From: Bacteroidales bacterium | Lineage (GTDB): Bacteria > Bacteroidota > Bacteroidia > Bacteroidales > FEN-979 | Direction of reading: 5' to 3' | NCBI GenBank assembly: GCA_023231005.1 | Contig: JALNWG010000018.1 | Coordinates: 2,549 to 66,548, forward strand | DNA: 64,000 bases | Shown here: positions 28,078 through 37,423 of the stretch, in pieces | Numbering within the stretch: position 1 is the first letter of the stretch | How the letters are laid out: each line of letters begins with the position of its first letter | The notes under the pieces: model-generated | Seen by the model: only the letters and a program-made list of their open reading frames with translations | Database searches by the model: none | What the model was told of the DNA's origin: nothing | Made by a program: the position numbers and the translations under genes

Positions 28078-29046
28078 ATGGAAATGAAATTTACAATGAA
28101 AAAATCTCTTATCCTTATTTGTTTACTTGTTTCTATCTCTATGGGATTACTGGCACAGACTGGCATTTCCGGCGATCTGATCATCTTTCATGCCGGAAGC
28201 CTTTCAGTTCCTATGAAAGAATTGGCAAAGGAGTTCAAAAAGCTACATCCTAAGGTTAATATTTTGTTGGAGTCGGCCGGAAGTGTTGAGTCAGCACGGA
28301 AAATCACAGATCTGAAAAAGCCCTGCGATATCATGGCTTCTGCCGATTATAAGGTGATTGACAAAATGCTAATTCCACAATACAGCGACTGGAACATCAA
28401 GTTTGTATCCAATGAAATGTGTATTGTTTATAGTGAAAAATCTAGATATGCCAATCAGATCAATAATAAAAACTGGTTTAATATACTCTTAAAAGATGAT
28501 GTTGCCTTTGGGCGTGCCGATCCGAATTCCGACCCGTGTGGCTACCGTTCGGTAATGACCATGCAATTGGCAGAGAAATATTATAAACAACCCAACCTGG
28601 TCAACCGGTTAACCAACAAGGATAACAATTATATACGCCCGAAAGAGGTCGACCAGTTGGCATTGCTTGAATCACAATCGGTCGATTATGTCTTCCTTTA
28701 TAAATCAGTAGCCATTCAACATCATCTTAAATTTCTCATCCTCCCCGATGAGATCAATCTGAAACTTCCGAAATTCACTGCACTTTACAATACTGCCATC
28801 GTTCCAATCAATGGGAAAGAACCAGGACAAAAGGAATTGATGAAAGGCGAACCAATGATTTATGGAGTGACCTTACTTAAAACAGCTCCAAACAAACCGG
28901 CAGCTCTCGCTTTCCTAACCTTCATGCTTTCGAAAGATAACGGGATGAAAATCCTTGAAAAAGATGGTCAGCCCTCGGTAATTCCTCAGCAAAACCCAAA
29001 TTACGAGAAGATCCCTGCCGAATTAAAACCTTTTGTTAAAAAATAA
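28078..29046 (+). CDS. wtpA: Tungstate/molybdate ABC transporter substrate-binding protein (WtpA type)
   Basis: 322 aa with a signal peptide. LIIFHAGSLSVPMKELAKEFKKLHPKVNILLESAGSVESARKITDLKKPCDIMASADY matches my memory of the archaeal-type WtpA/ModA family (FHAGSL..AGS..ASAD). The real start may be M at 28096. Confidence 0.7.
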   Translation: MEMKFTMKKSLILICLLVSISMGLLAQTGISGDLIIFHAGSLSVPMKELAKEFKKLHPKVNILLESAGSVESARKITDLKKPCDIMASADYKVIDKMLIPQYSDWNIKFVSNEMCIVYSEKSRYANQINNKNWFNILLKDDVAFGRADPNSDPCGYRSVMTMQLAEKYYKQPNLVNRLTNKDNNYIRPKEVDQLALLESQSVDYVFLYKSVAIQHHLKFLILPDEINLKLPKFTALYNTAIVPINGKEPGQKELMKGEPMIYGVTLLKTAPNKPAALAFLTFMLSKDNGMKILEKDGQPSVIPQQNPNYEKIPAELKPFVKK

Positions 29047-29065
29047 CTGACCAAAATAAATTATT

Positions 29066-29971
29066 ATGAAGACTCATTTTTACCCTCTTACTTTCTTGGT
29101 TGTTCTGTTACTTCTGTCCTTCGGATGTAAAAAGGATGAAAACCCCTCTCCCCCATCAATCTCGCTGCTTACAGGTACGGCATACACACCCGACAAATCG
29201 GTTATTCTGGTGGGAGGACGGATCTACTTTGGCATTCAGGCTTCGGATCCCTCGGCAAACATCACCAACCTGGTGATTAAAAAGATCATGCCCAATGGAA
29301 CTGTCAAAGTGGTACTTGATTCGGGACTGAACTCAAGCGGATTCTCCGTAAATGAAACATTTTTTCAAAGTGTGGAAGAAGAAGCCAGGTGGACTTTTCA
29401 GGTAATGGATCGCAACCGTCAGTTTGCAACCACCTCCCTTACCCTCTTCAAAGATCCAAACTCTACCTGGGGCGGCATCTTTGAATACCCAAACCTGATC
29501 ATGGGATATCAAAACAATACCCAATATGGACAATTCTGTTGCCCTGCTACCGGTAAAATTTACAATGTTGATTCCGCTAACCTCTATCCTGAACTAATTG
29601 ATATCGTTACCTATTTTTATGTTGACGATAATATCCCCTCCCCTACTTTTTCCTCCCCGGGAGAACTCGGCGGCGGAATCACCGAATATTATCCATCCAT
29701 CGACTCATGGGCCACAAAACATTATACCAAATGGGATGTTAGCGTAGATACGGATCCTGTTCCGATTTCTGCCTACAACGCCTGTCACAACGATAGTTTA
29801 CTAATACTGGCTTACGACGACGTTTGGGGAAAGCGTAAATTCAAATGGGCTGATCCCGGAGATATCCTTCCATTTATGACAGCCGGTGGAAAAAAAGGAT
29901 TGATCCGCGTAATTTCAGCAGATCATGATGCAGCCGGAAAAATTACTTTTTCAATGAAAATTCAACAATAA
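29066..29971 (+). CDS. Lipoprotein of unknown function
   Basis: 301 aa with the signal peptide plus lipobox LLLLSFGC-KKDENPSPP. I recognise no family. It is co-directional and starts 19 nt after wtpA. Confidence 0.55.
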   Translation: MKTHFYPLTFLVVLLLLSFGCKKDENPSPPSISLLTGTAYTPDKSVILVGGRIYFGIQASDPSANITNLVIKKIMPNGTVKVVLDSGLNSSGFSVNETFFQSVEEEARWTFQVMDRNRQFATTSLTLFKDPNSTWGGIFEYPNLIMGYQNNTQYGQFCCPATGKIYNVDSANLYPELIDIVTYFYVDDNIPSPTFSSPGELGGGITEYYPSIDSWATKHYTKWDVSVDTDPVPISAYNACHNDSLLILAYDDVWGKRKFKWADPGDILPFMTAGGKKGLIRVISADHDAAGKITFSMKIQQ

Positions 29972-30005
29972 AACCAATTTAAATTTAACCTAAAATCAAG
30001 TAACT

Positions 30006-30878
30006 ATGAAAAAATGTTTACTCGCAGTCTTTGCACTCCTTGTATTTGGAGTAGTTTCCGCCCAGGATACCGTCACCGGATGGACTTTCCCTGTTAACTC
30101 CGGAGCAGATAGCCTGAATGCCGATCTGGGAACAGACCAGAATAAATCTTACGACATCCGTTTCCAATGGGTTCTCACTCCCACCATCGATTCAACATTG
30201 AACACCATCATCTTCGTTGACGGCGCAACAAATTATGCAGCTGCAACCGCAGGATGGGACAACGGCGCTGATGCAAAATTTTGGTCTGCCAAGTTTAAAG
30301 CATCGGGATACACCAACTTCAAGGTGTCTTCAAAACAAAAAAGCGATTCAACCCTGGCAGGGCCCCGTGATTTTAAATTACAATGGAGACTCAGTACTAC
30401 GTCTTATGAAGATGTGCCAAACAGCAATGTAACCCTGGCTGCCGACTGGACCACCGGTGTTGTTACCGAGCTCCCGGTTCCCATTACCAATCAAGGAACC
30501 GGTTCTATTTTCATTCGCTGGATCATGAGTTCGAATACCGATGTAAAAGGAGGAATTGTAGCTGCCACTGGAATTTCAGCGATCGACGACATTATCGTTA
30601 CCGCTACTGCTCCTTCCGGACAAAATGAAATGGTTTATTCCAACCGGTTACAAATCTATCCGAATCCAAATAAAGGTAATTTCACCTTGCAATCGACAGA
30701 ACCTTTAACTTCTCTTTCGGTATTCGATGCCAGTGGAAAAATGGTTTATAACCAGAAAACTTCAGGCACAACAAACCAAGCCATCGCCCTTCCAAATGCC
30801 AAACCAGGGATCTATTTCCTGAAAGTGATGTTTATGGATGATGAAAAAGTGTATTCAACCAGGATCATTGTTGAATAA
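30006..30878 (+). CDS. Secreted protein with T9SS C-terminal sorting domain, unknown N-terminal domain
   Basis: 290 aa with a signal peptide ending ..VVSAQ. The C-terminal ~80 aa LQIYPNPNKGNFTLQS..LSVFDASGKMVY..GIYFLKVMFMDDEKVYSTRIIVE is a type-A T9SS CTD pattern. Confidence 0.65.
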   Translation: MKKCLLAVFALLVFGVVSAQDTVTGWTFPVNSGADSLNADLGTDQNKSYDIRFQWVLTPTIDSTLNTIIFVDGATNYAAATAGWDNGADAKFWSAKFKASGYTNFKVSSKQKSDSTLAGPRDFKLQWRLSTTSYEDVPNSNVTLAADWTTGVVTELPVPITNQGTGSIFIRWIMSSNTDVKGGIVAATGISAIDDIIVTATAPSGQNEMVYSNRLQIYPNPNKGNFTLQSTEPLTSLSVFDASGKMVYNQKTSGTTNQAIALPNAKPGIYFLKVMFMDDEKVYSTRIIVE

Positions 30879-33228
30879 TTTTTCACTACCGGGAAAGAGA
30901 ACCATCTGTTTAATGTTGGTTCTCTTTCCTTTTTCATGGCTGTATGCAGGAGGGGAAATCCATGGAAAAGTAACAGATTCTATAATGCACCGGCCTTTGG
31001 CTGGAGCTCATATCATCATTCGGGATTCAGGAAAGGGTGTTTATTCCAATTCCGATGGATCTTATTTTCTGACCAACCTGCCTGAAGGGAAGGTTAAACT
31101 TACGATCTCTTTTGTTGGGTATTATCAGGAATCACGCACCGTATTCGTTAAAACCGGCCATCAACAGATCCTCAATGTGTTTATGGTCCCGAAAATCGAG
31201 GAGGCAGCAGAGGTGGAGATCTCCGATCACCGCCCGGGCCGGGGATCACAGGAAGTACCAGTAAGGATGGAGGTCATTACCTCCGGGAATATCTTTAATA
31301 CACCAGGACAAAACATCACCTCAGTACTTGATTATATCCCGGGGGTAAATCTTTCAACCACCATGGGAATCTTTTCGAACAACACGGTGGTTTCTATGCG
31401 GGGCCTCAGTGGAACTGACCAGGGCCGAACCTTGGTGCTGCTCGATGATGTCCCCCTGAACAAAGCCGACCAGGGATCTGTTAACTGGAACCTCATCAAC
31501 CGCGACAATGTAGATCGGATCGAAGTAACCAAAGGACCCGGCAATGCAAAGTACGGAAGCAGCGCCATGGGAGGCGTGATCAACATCATCACCAAACGCC
31601 CAACCAGAATTATCTCCGGTACCGCCACACTTGATTACGGAACCTTCAACACGGCAGGATTCCGCTATCAAATTGCCGGAAAACCAACCCATCTCGAAGA
31701 ACAAAAAGGATTTTCATACGCCCTCAACGGATTTTACCGACGCAGCGACGGATACAATGCTGAGATCCCTGAATATCTCGAAAAATACGACACCTTTTAT
31801 GTTAACAATTACTTACGTGAAGCCAACCTCGGATTAAAAGCCGGTTATCAATTCGACCCTTTGAACCAAGTCGAGGTCAGCGCCAATTTTTTCAACGACA
31901 AACGGGGAAGAGGAGTTGAAATTTATGAAGTGGATGGTGCCTATGAACGGCATAAAACCTGGCAAGCTTCCGTGAGATATCGCGGGGGAGCCGGTAAGGT
32001 ACGCTGGAACTTGCTTGCCTATACTCAAAATGAACACTTCGAACGTTTAAACGAGGCTATGAAAGAGGCTGAGTATAGCCTCTATCTGGTCAAATCCAAC
32101 CGCATCGACCAGGGAGCCCAACTCCATGTGCTGATTCCTGCCGGCAAACACCATCTCTTCACAACCGGATTTGATTATCAGGGAGGAAGCGTAGATGGCA
32201 ACGATATCTACTATACCTCCACCGACTTGATTAACAACAAAGGGAAGATGAATACTTTTGCCCTTTTCCTTCAAGATGAGATGAAGTTTTTTGATGAACG
32301 ACTTCAGATCAACCCCGGAATCCGCCTTAATATTGCCTTATTCCATGATGGTAGTTTTAACATCGACAATCCCTCCTATGCCATCCAGTATTTGGTCGAT
32401 TATCAGGATAGCCTCTTCCCCCATAAGGAATGGCTACAAGTTGATCCCAAGTTATCAATCCAATATCGCTTTTCTCCTCAATCAAGGGTTTATGTAACCG
32501 TAGCCCAGGGATTCCGCGCTCCTAACCTGGATGATCTCTGCCGAAGCGGTAAAATCACCAATGGCTTTAAAGTGGCAAACCCTGGATTAAAACCCGAAAT
32601 CCTCGATAATTTCGAGACGGGATTTGATCTTGTACTTTTTAAAAAACTACATCTCGCACCCAGCATTTATTATTCCATCGGAAGAGACTTTATGTATAAT
32701 GTCAGTACCGGCGATTCGGTTAATATGGGCTATAAACGCGCTCCCGTATTCATGAAGCAGAATATCAGCAAAGTGGAGATACTCGGATGCGAAGTGGAAA
32801 TAGATATCAATCCATTCGATTGGCTTAGTCTCACAGCAAATTATACTTATAATCATTCTGTGATCAGCCATTTTGTTCCATACGATTCAACCGTTGACAA
32901 AGATTTGAACGGAAAATTCCTGACTGATGTCCCTACACACAAGGCTACAGCCGGAGCTACTTTTACAAACAAAATTTTGAATGTTAATGTTTTATGGAAA
33001 TACATCGGATCAAGATGGATCAACGATGAAAATGAAGTAGATCCTTATCTGTTGGTTGCAAAATATCCAGCGTACAGTACCTTTGGTCTGCGTATCTGGC
33101 ACACCTTTTTCAAACATCTCACTGCAGCCGTGAACATCGACAATGTTTTTGATGAAATTTATATCGACGATCGGCTCCAGAGAAGCCCTGGAAGAATGAT
33201 CACCGGAGAAATCACAATAAAATTTTGA
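30838..33228 (+). CDS. TonB-dependent outer-membrane receptor (CarboxypepD_reg + plug + 22-strand barrel)
   Basis: It has an N-terminal carboxypeptidase-regulatory-like domain (IHGKVTDS..PLAGAHIIIRDSGKGVYSNSDGSYFLTNLPEGKVKLTISFVGY) and a plug (VVSMRGLSG..RTLVLLDDVPLN..VDRIEVTKGPGNAKYGSSAMGGVINIITK). The terminal aromatic ..GEITIKF closes the barrel. A more likely start is ATG 30913 (MLVLFPFSWLYA), after the upstream stop at 30878. Confidence 0.85.
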   Translation: MMKKCIQPGSLLNNFSLPGKRTICLMLVLFPFSWLYAGGEIHGKVTDSIMHRPLAGAHIIIRDSGKGVYSNSDGSYFLTNLPEGKVKLTISFVGYYQESRTVFVKTGHQQILNVFMVPKIEEAAEVEISDHRPGRGSQEVPVRMEVITSGNIFNTPGQNITSVLDYIPGVNLSTTMGIFSNNTVVSMRGLSGTDQGRTLVLLDDVPLNKADQGSVNWNLINRDNVDRIEVTKGPGNAKYGSSAMGGVINIITKRPTRIISGTATLDYGTFNTAGFRYQIAGKPTHLEEQKGFSYALNGFYRRSDGYNAEIPEYLEKYDTFYVNNYLREANLGLKAGYQFDPLNQVEVSANFFNDKRGRGVEIYEVDGAYERHKTWQASVRYRGGAGKVRWNLLAYTQNEHFERLNEAMKEAEYSLYLVKSNRIDQGAQLHVLIPAGKHHLFTTGFDYQGGSVDGNDIYYTSTDLINNKGKMNTFALFLQDEMKFFDERLQINPGIRLNIALFHDGSFNIDNPSYAIQYLVDYQDSLFPHKEWLQVDPKLSIQYRFSPQSRVYVTVAQGFRAPNLDDLCRSGKITNGFKVANPGLKPEILDNFETGFDLVLFKKLHLAPSIYYSIGRDFMYNVSTGDSVNMGYKRAPVFMKQNISKVEILGCEVEIDINPFDWLSLTANYTYNHSVISHFVPYDSTVDKDLNGKFLTDVPTHKATAGATFTNKILNVNVLWKYIGSRWINDENEVDPYLLVAKYPAYSTFGLRIWHTFFKHLTAAVNIDNVFDEIYIDDRLQRSPGRMITGEITIKF

Positions 33229-33252
33229 AAATCTAATTAACAACAACAAACC

Positions 33253-34335
33253 ATGAAAAAAATCACTCCCTTTTTAGTATTCATGTTACTTTTACAAACA
33301 CTCTTTGGACAACAAAAACAAAAAACAGTGAACACAACCACCCTTCCTGAAATTGAACCGAGGATCATTCCAGACAAATCAGATAAGAACAACAACTTTT
33401 ATGATAACGAAGAAAGCTATGCACTTCCGGTAAAAGATCTGTACATAGAAGGTGAAATTGAAAATCCCGGAAAAGTAGACTTCTCTAAGCTGCCAAAGCA
33501 CACCGTCATCGTTAAGGAAACGCTGTTATCCGGAGATACTTCAAACCGGTTTGTGGGAGCCTATCGCTATGATGGATATTCATTGTTCGATATTTTATGC
33601 AACCGTGTATTAAAGAAAAAGAATGTTACCGAATTCCGCCCGATCATCGACTTATATGTAGTGATCGAAAATGAAAAAGGTGAAAAAGTAGTGATGAGCT
33701 GGGGAGAAATCTACTATCCCAATTTCCTTCACAATTCCATCATTGCTACCACCGTGATGCGTATTGTCCCCAGTAAAACCAAAGATCTCTGGCCGTTGCC
33801 GACCCAAAGCAAACTTATCCTGGCCAACGACCTGATTACCGAACGCAACATCTCCAGCCCGGTAAAAATTACCGTTTGTTCTTACTCACGCGCCTATAAA
33901 GTGGTAAAGGATATGTCGCCGCTGTTCTCTGAAGAGGTGAAGGTTATAAATGGGGAAAAATCACTCGAAGCGATGACAGTGATCCCTGCCGGACTTCAAA
34001 AAGAGACCCTTCACACAGTATTTTATGGCAAAGGGCGCGGGATTCACAGCACCCAACCTTTTACAGGTGTTTATCTGAAAAATTATCTTGCATCCAAAAT
34101 AAAAGTTGACCGGAACAGCCTTCAAAAAGGGTTGGTCATCCTTGCTGGAATCGACGGATACCGCTCGGTTTATACGCTGAGTGAGATCATGAACCGGAAT
34201 GACCAGGCAGAAATTCTCATCGTTCCCTGTCCGGAAGATCAGAATGGTGGAAAATTCAGAATTTTCCCTTCCTGCGATTTCTTCTCCGATCGCGCTGTGA
34301 AGGGTCTTTCGGAAATCAGGATAGAAATGAAATAA
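33253..34335 (+). CDS. Secreted/periplasmic protein of unknown function with two internally similar halves
   Basis: 360 aa with a signal peptide (..LQTLFGQ). The halves LYIEGEIENPGKVDFSKLPKHTV..YRYDGYSLFDIL..VMSWGEIYYP and ..FTGVYLKNYL..AGIDGYRSVYTLSEIMN.. weakly recall the substrate domain of molybdopterin-dependent oxidoreductase-like proteins. That assignment has very low confidence. Confidence 0.45.
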   Translation: MKKITPFLVFMLLLQTLFGQQKQKTVNTTTLPEIEPRIIPDKSDKNNNFYDNEESYALPVKDLYIEGEIENPGKVDFSKLPKHTVIVKETLLSGDTSNRFVGAYRYDGYSLFDILCNRVLKKKNVTEFRPIIDLYVVIENEKGEKVVMSWGEIYYPNFLHNSIIATTVMRIVPSKTKDLWPLPTQSKLILANDLITERNISSPVKITVCSYSRAYKVVKDMSPLFSEEVKVINGEKSLEAMTVIPAGLQKETLHTVFYGKGRGIHSTQPFTGVYLKNYLASKIKVDRNSLQKGLVILAGIDGYRSVYTLSEIMNRNDQAEILIVPCPEDQNGGKFRIFPSCDFFSDRAVKGLSEIRIEMK

Positions 34336-34350
34336 CGAAATAGAGAAATT

Positions 34351-35133
34351 TTGAAACGTCTACCAACCATACAACTTATTTTTATTCTTCTAGGAGGGTT
34401 GGTATTGCTGTTCATTGTGGCACCATTGCTTGGGATGGCTTTGAAAACCACACCACATCAGATCTTTGAAACAGCCGGGGAAGAGGAAGTCCGCCAGAGT
34501 ATCTGGCTCACAATTGTGACTTCATTTTCCGGAACGGTGTTCTTTTCTGTGGCAGCTATTCCGTTAGCCTATCTGTTGGCAAGGAAAAATTTTCCCTTGA
34601 AAAAGTTAGTTTCCGGTATCATCGACCTGCCCGTAGTGATCCCGCACTCCGCTGCCGGAATTGCATTGCTGGGATTTGTATCGCGCGATTCCGCCCTTGG
34701 GCAAATGGGATCGCTGGTAGGACTGAATTTTGTAGGACATCCGGCCGGAATTTCCATTGCCATGGCTTTTGTCAGCATCCCCTATCTGATCAATGCTGCA
34801 CGCGATGGCTTTGCCGGAGTACCTGAACGATTGGAAAAAGCTGCCCTTACCTTAGGAGCATCGCCCCTTCGGGTTTTTTTTACCATTACCCTCCCATTGG
34901 CCTGGCGAAACATCGTTTCTGGCCTCATCATGATGTTTGCCCGTGGAATGAGTGAATTCGGAGCTGTTATTGTGGTTGCTTATCACCCCATGATTACTCC
35001 GGTTTTGATTTATGAACGGTTTGGAGCTTTCGGATTAAAATATGCACGACCTGTTTCCGTCCTTTTCATCGCGATCTCACTGGTTCTGTTCATTACTTTA
35101 CGATGGCTGGCGAAAGAAAAGGAAGAAAAATAG
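34351..35133 (+). CDS. wtpB: Tungstate/molybdate ABC transporter permease
   Basis: 260 aa with a TTG start and about 6 TM segments. The EAA-like loop is INAARDGFAGVPERLEKAALTLGASPLRVFFTITLP, and it follows the CysT/ModB-type permease pattern. Confidence 0.7.
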   Translation: MKRLPTIQLIFILLGGLVLLFIVAPLLGMALKTTPHQIFETAGEEEVRQSIWLTIVTSFSGTVFFSVAAIPLAYLLARKNFPLKKLVSGIIDLPVVIPHSAAGIALLGFVSRDSALGQMGSLVGLNFVGHPAGISIAMAFVSIPYLINAARDGFAGVPERLEKAALTLGASPLRVFFTITLPLAWRNIVSGLIMMFARGMSEFGAVIVVAYHPMITPVLIYERFGAFGLKYARPVSVLFIAISLVLFITLRWLAKEKEEK

Positions 35134-35160
35134 CCAAATGGTGAAATTGATTTTGGAGAA

Positions 35161-36213
35161 ATGTTAGAAATAAAAGATATTTCGAAAAAGTTTCCGGATT
35201 TTGAGTTGAATGGAATTTCATTCCGCGTTGCGAAGGGAGATTATTTTATTCTGCTTGGAGAGTCGGGGGCCGGAAAATCAATGATCCTGGAAACAATTGC
35301 CGGGCTGGTCCGTCCCGATTCAGGAGAAATCTGGTTGGACGGAAAAGAGATAAGCCATACAAAGATCCAGGAGCGGAAAATCGGACTGGTGTTTCAGGAT
35401 CATGCAGTTTTTCCCCACTTAACCGTGATGGAAAATATAGCTTTTGCCTTGCATGCTCAAGGATTATCCCGAGAAGAAAAGCGCCTCAGAGTGAAGGAAA
35501 TCGCCCGGTTGTTGGGCATTTCCGGATTGCTCCACCGCAGTCCGACAAGTCTTTCCGGAGGCGAGTTGCAACGGGTAGCGCTGGGCCGCACTTTAATTCA
35601 GAAGCCAAGGGTTCTTTTGTTAGATGAACCGCTTGCTTCACTCGATATCCAGCTGAAGCGTGATTTACGAAGACTCCTCCGTTCCATTCACCAGGAAGGA
35701 CAAACCATCATTCATGTAACCCACGATTATGAAGAAGCCCTCGCTCTGGGTACAAATATTGCCGTAATCCATAAAGGACAGGTCATTCAGACAGGGACAC
35801 CGGAAGCAGTGTTTACCCATCCGAAGTCAGAATTTGTCGCCCATTTCGTTGGGGTTAAAAACTTTTTCAGCGTTCATCTTGAAATCAGAGATCAAATTAC
35901 TTTCGCTATAACAAACAACAATATACCCATTCGTATCGTTTCCGAATCAATCAATGAAGATGCTTTTATTCTGATTCGGGGTGAAGATATCCTGGTTTCG
36001 AATACACCGGTAGAAACCAGCGCCACCAATAACTTCCCAGGAAAAATAGTCGAAATTGTTCCCGGGGTACAGGGGGTGAATTTAACCGTGAACATTGGAA
36101 TTGAAATGCATGCCCTCATAACCCGCGAATCGGTGGAAAAATTAAATTTGAAGGCCGGTGGAAAATGCTGGATTCATTTCAAAGCAACAGCGGTAAAAAT
36201 GATAGCGAAATAG
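35161..36213 (+). CDS. wtpC: Tungstate/molybdate ABC transporter ATP-binding protein with C-terminal TOBE-like domain
   Basis: 350 aa with Walker A GESGAGKS, signature LSGGELQRVALGR and Walker B LLLDEPLASLD. A C-terminal ~110-aa OB/TOBE-like extension is present (..NNFPGKIVEIVPGVQGVNLTV..). Confidence 0.8.
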   Translation: MLEIKDISKKFPDFELNGISFRVAKGDYFILLGESGAGKSMILETIAGLVRPDSGEIWLDGKEISHTKIQERKIGLVFQDHAVFPHLTVMENIAFALHAQGLSREEKRLRVKEIARLLGISGLLHRSPTSLSGGELQRVALGRTLIQKPRVLLLDEPLASLDIQLKRDLRRLLRSIHQEGQTIIHVTHDYEEALALGTNIAVIHKGQVIQTGTPEAVFTHPKSEFVAHFVGVKNFFSVHLEIRDQITFAITNNNIPIRIVSESINEDAFILIRGEDILVSNTPVETSATNNFPGKIVEIVPGVQGVNLTVNIGIEMHALITRESVEKLNLKAGGKCWIHFKATAVKMIAK

Positions 36214-36223
36214 CGGAATTTTT

Positions 36224-37423
36224 ATGATAAAATTTGAAGAAGCCTTAAATATTGTATTAAAGGAAGCTGTCACGTTAGGAACCGAGCGTGTTGAACTGAT
36301 CAAATCAACCGGAAGGGTTCTGGCAGAGGATATTTTTTCGGACCTCGATATGCCTCCTTTTGACAAATCGGCAATGGATGGATATGCCTGCCGGGCGAAA
36401 GATTTACAATCCAATTTAGTCGAAGGAGTCGTTCCTATAACCCTGCAGATGATAGAAACCATCCCGGCTGGTAAAATTCCCGAAAAGACGATCAATGCTG
36501 GTCAGTGCTCAAAAATCATGACCGGGGCCATGCTTCCGGAAGGGGCTGATCACGTGGTGATGGTCGAGGACACAGAACCAGTTGACGAACAACATATCCG
36601 GATCACCAATGCCCTTAAAGGCCCGAATATCTGCCGGAAGGCCGAAGATATAAAAAATGGGGATCTGGTTATCAGAAAAGGAGAAATCCTTACCCCTGCA
36701 CACATCGCTGTATTGGCGGCCGTGGGTGCAGTAAATCCCCGGGTAACAACCCTTCCCAGGGTGGGGATCATTTCTACCGGAGATGAATTGGTGGAACCAG
36801 ATTTTAAACCGCAACGATCCCAGATCCGAAACTCCAACGCCTGGCAAATTATGGCTCAGGCTTTTCAGGTCCCGGTAAATCCATACTACCTCGGCATCGC
36901 CAACGATAATGCAATGTCCCTTAGGGAAATAATCGAAAAAGCGCTGGAAGAAAGTGATGTGGTATTGCTAACCGGCGGCGTGTCGATGGGTGATTTCGAT
37001 TATGTACCGGAAATCCTGAATCAAGCAGGTGTGAATATCCTTTTTAAAAGTATCGCCATTCAACCCGGAAAACCCACCCTCTTTGGCCGTAAAAAAAATC
37101 AGTTTCTCTTTGGACTCCCCGGAAACCCGGTCTCCTCTTTTGTTCTTTTCGAAATGCTCGTAAAACCATTCCTGCTGCGACTCATGGGAAGTACCGCCAT
37201 CCCACCAACGTTGGAAATGACCATGGGCCTTGATTTTTCAAAAAAAAATTCGGTCAGAAAATTCATGATGCCGGTAATCATCAAAGGAGGACAAGTGTTT
37301 CCCATCGAATATCACGGATCGGCACACATCAATGCATACACTTCAGCCAACGGAATTCTGATAATGGAGATCGGAACCACAGAAATCAAAAAAGGGGAAA
37401 AAGTTCATGTACGACCACTTTAA
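36224..37423 (+). CDS. moeA: Molybdopterin molybdenum/tungsten transferase MoeA
   Basis: 399 aa with MPPFDKSAMDGYA, IISTGDELVEP, VLLTGGVSMGDFDYV, KPGKPTLFG and GLPGNPVSS motifs. Confidence 0.9.
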   Translation: MIKFEEALNIVLKEAVTLGTERVELIKSTGRVLAEDIFSDLDMPPFDKSAMDGYACRAKDLQSNLVEGVVPITLQMIETIPAGKIPEKTINAGQCSKIMTGAMLPEGADHVVMVEDTEPVDEQHIRITNALKGPNICRKAEDIKNGDLVIRKGEILTPAHIAVLAAVGAVNPRVTTLPRVGIISTGDELVEPDFKPQRSQIRNSNAWQIMAQAFQVPVNPYYLGIANDNAMSLREIIEKALEESDVVLLTGGVSMGDFDYVPEILNQAGVNILFKSIAIQPGKPTLFGRKKNQFLFGLPGNPVSSFVLFEMLVKPFLLRLMGSTAIPPTLEMTMGLDFSKKNSVRKFMMPVIIKGGQVFPIEYHGSAHINAYTSANGILIMEIGTTEIKKGEKVHVRPL

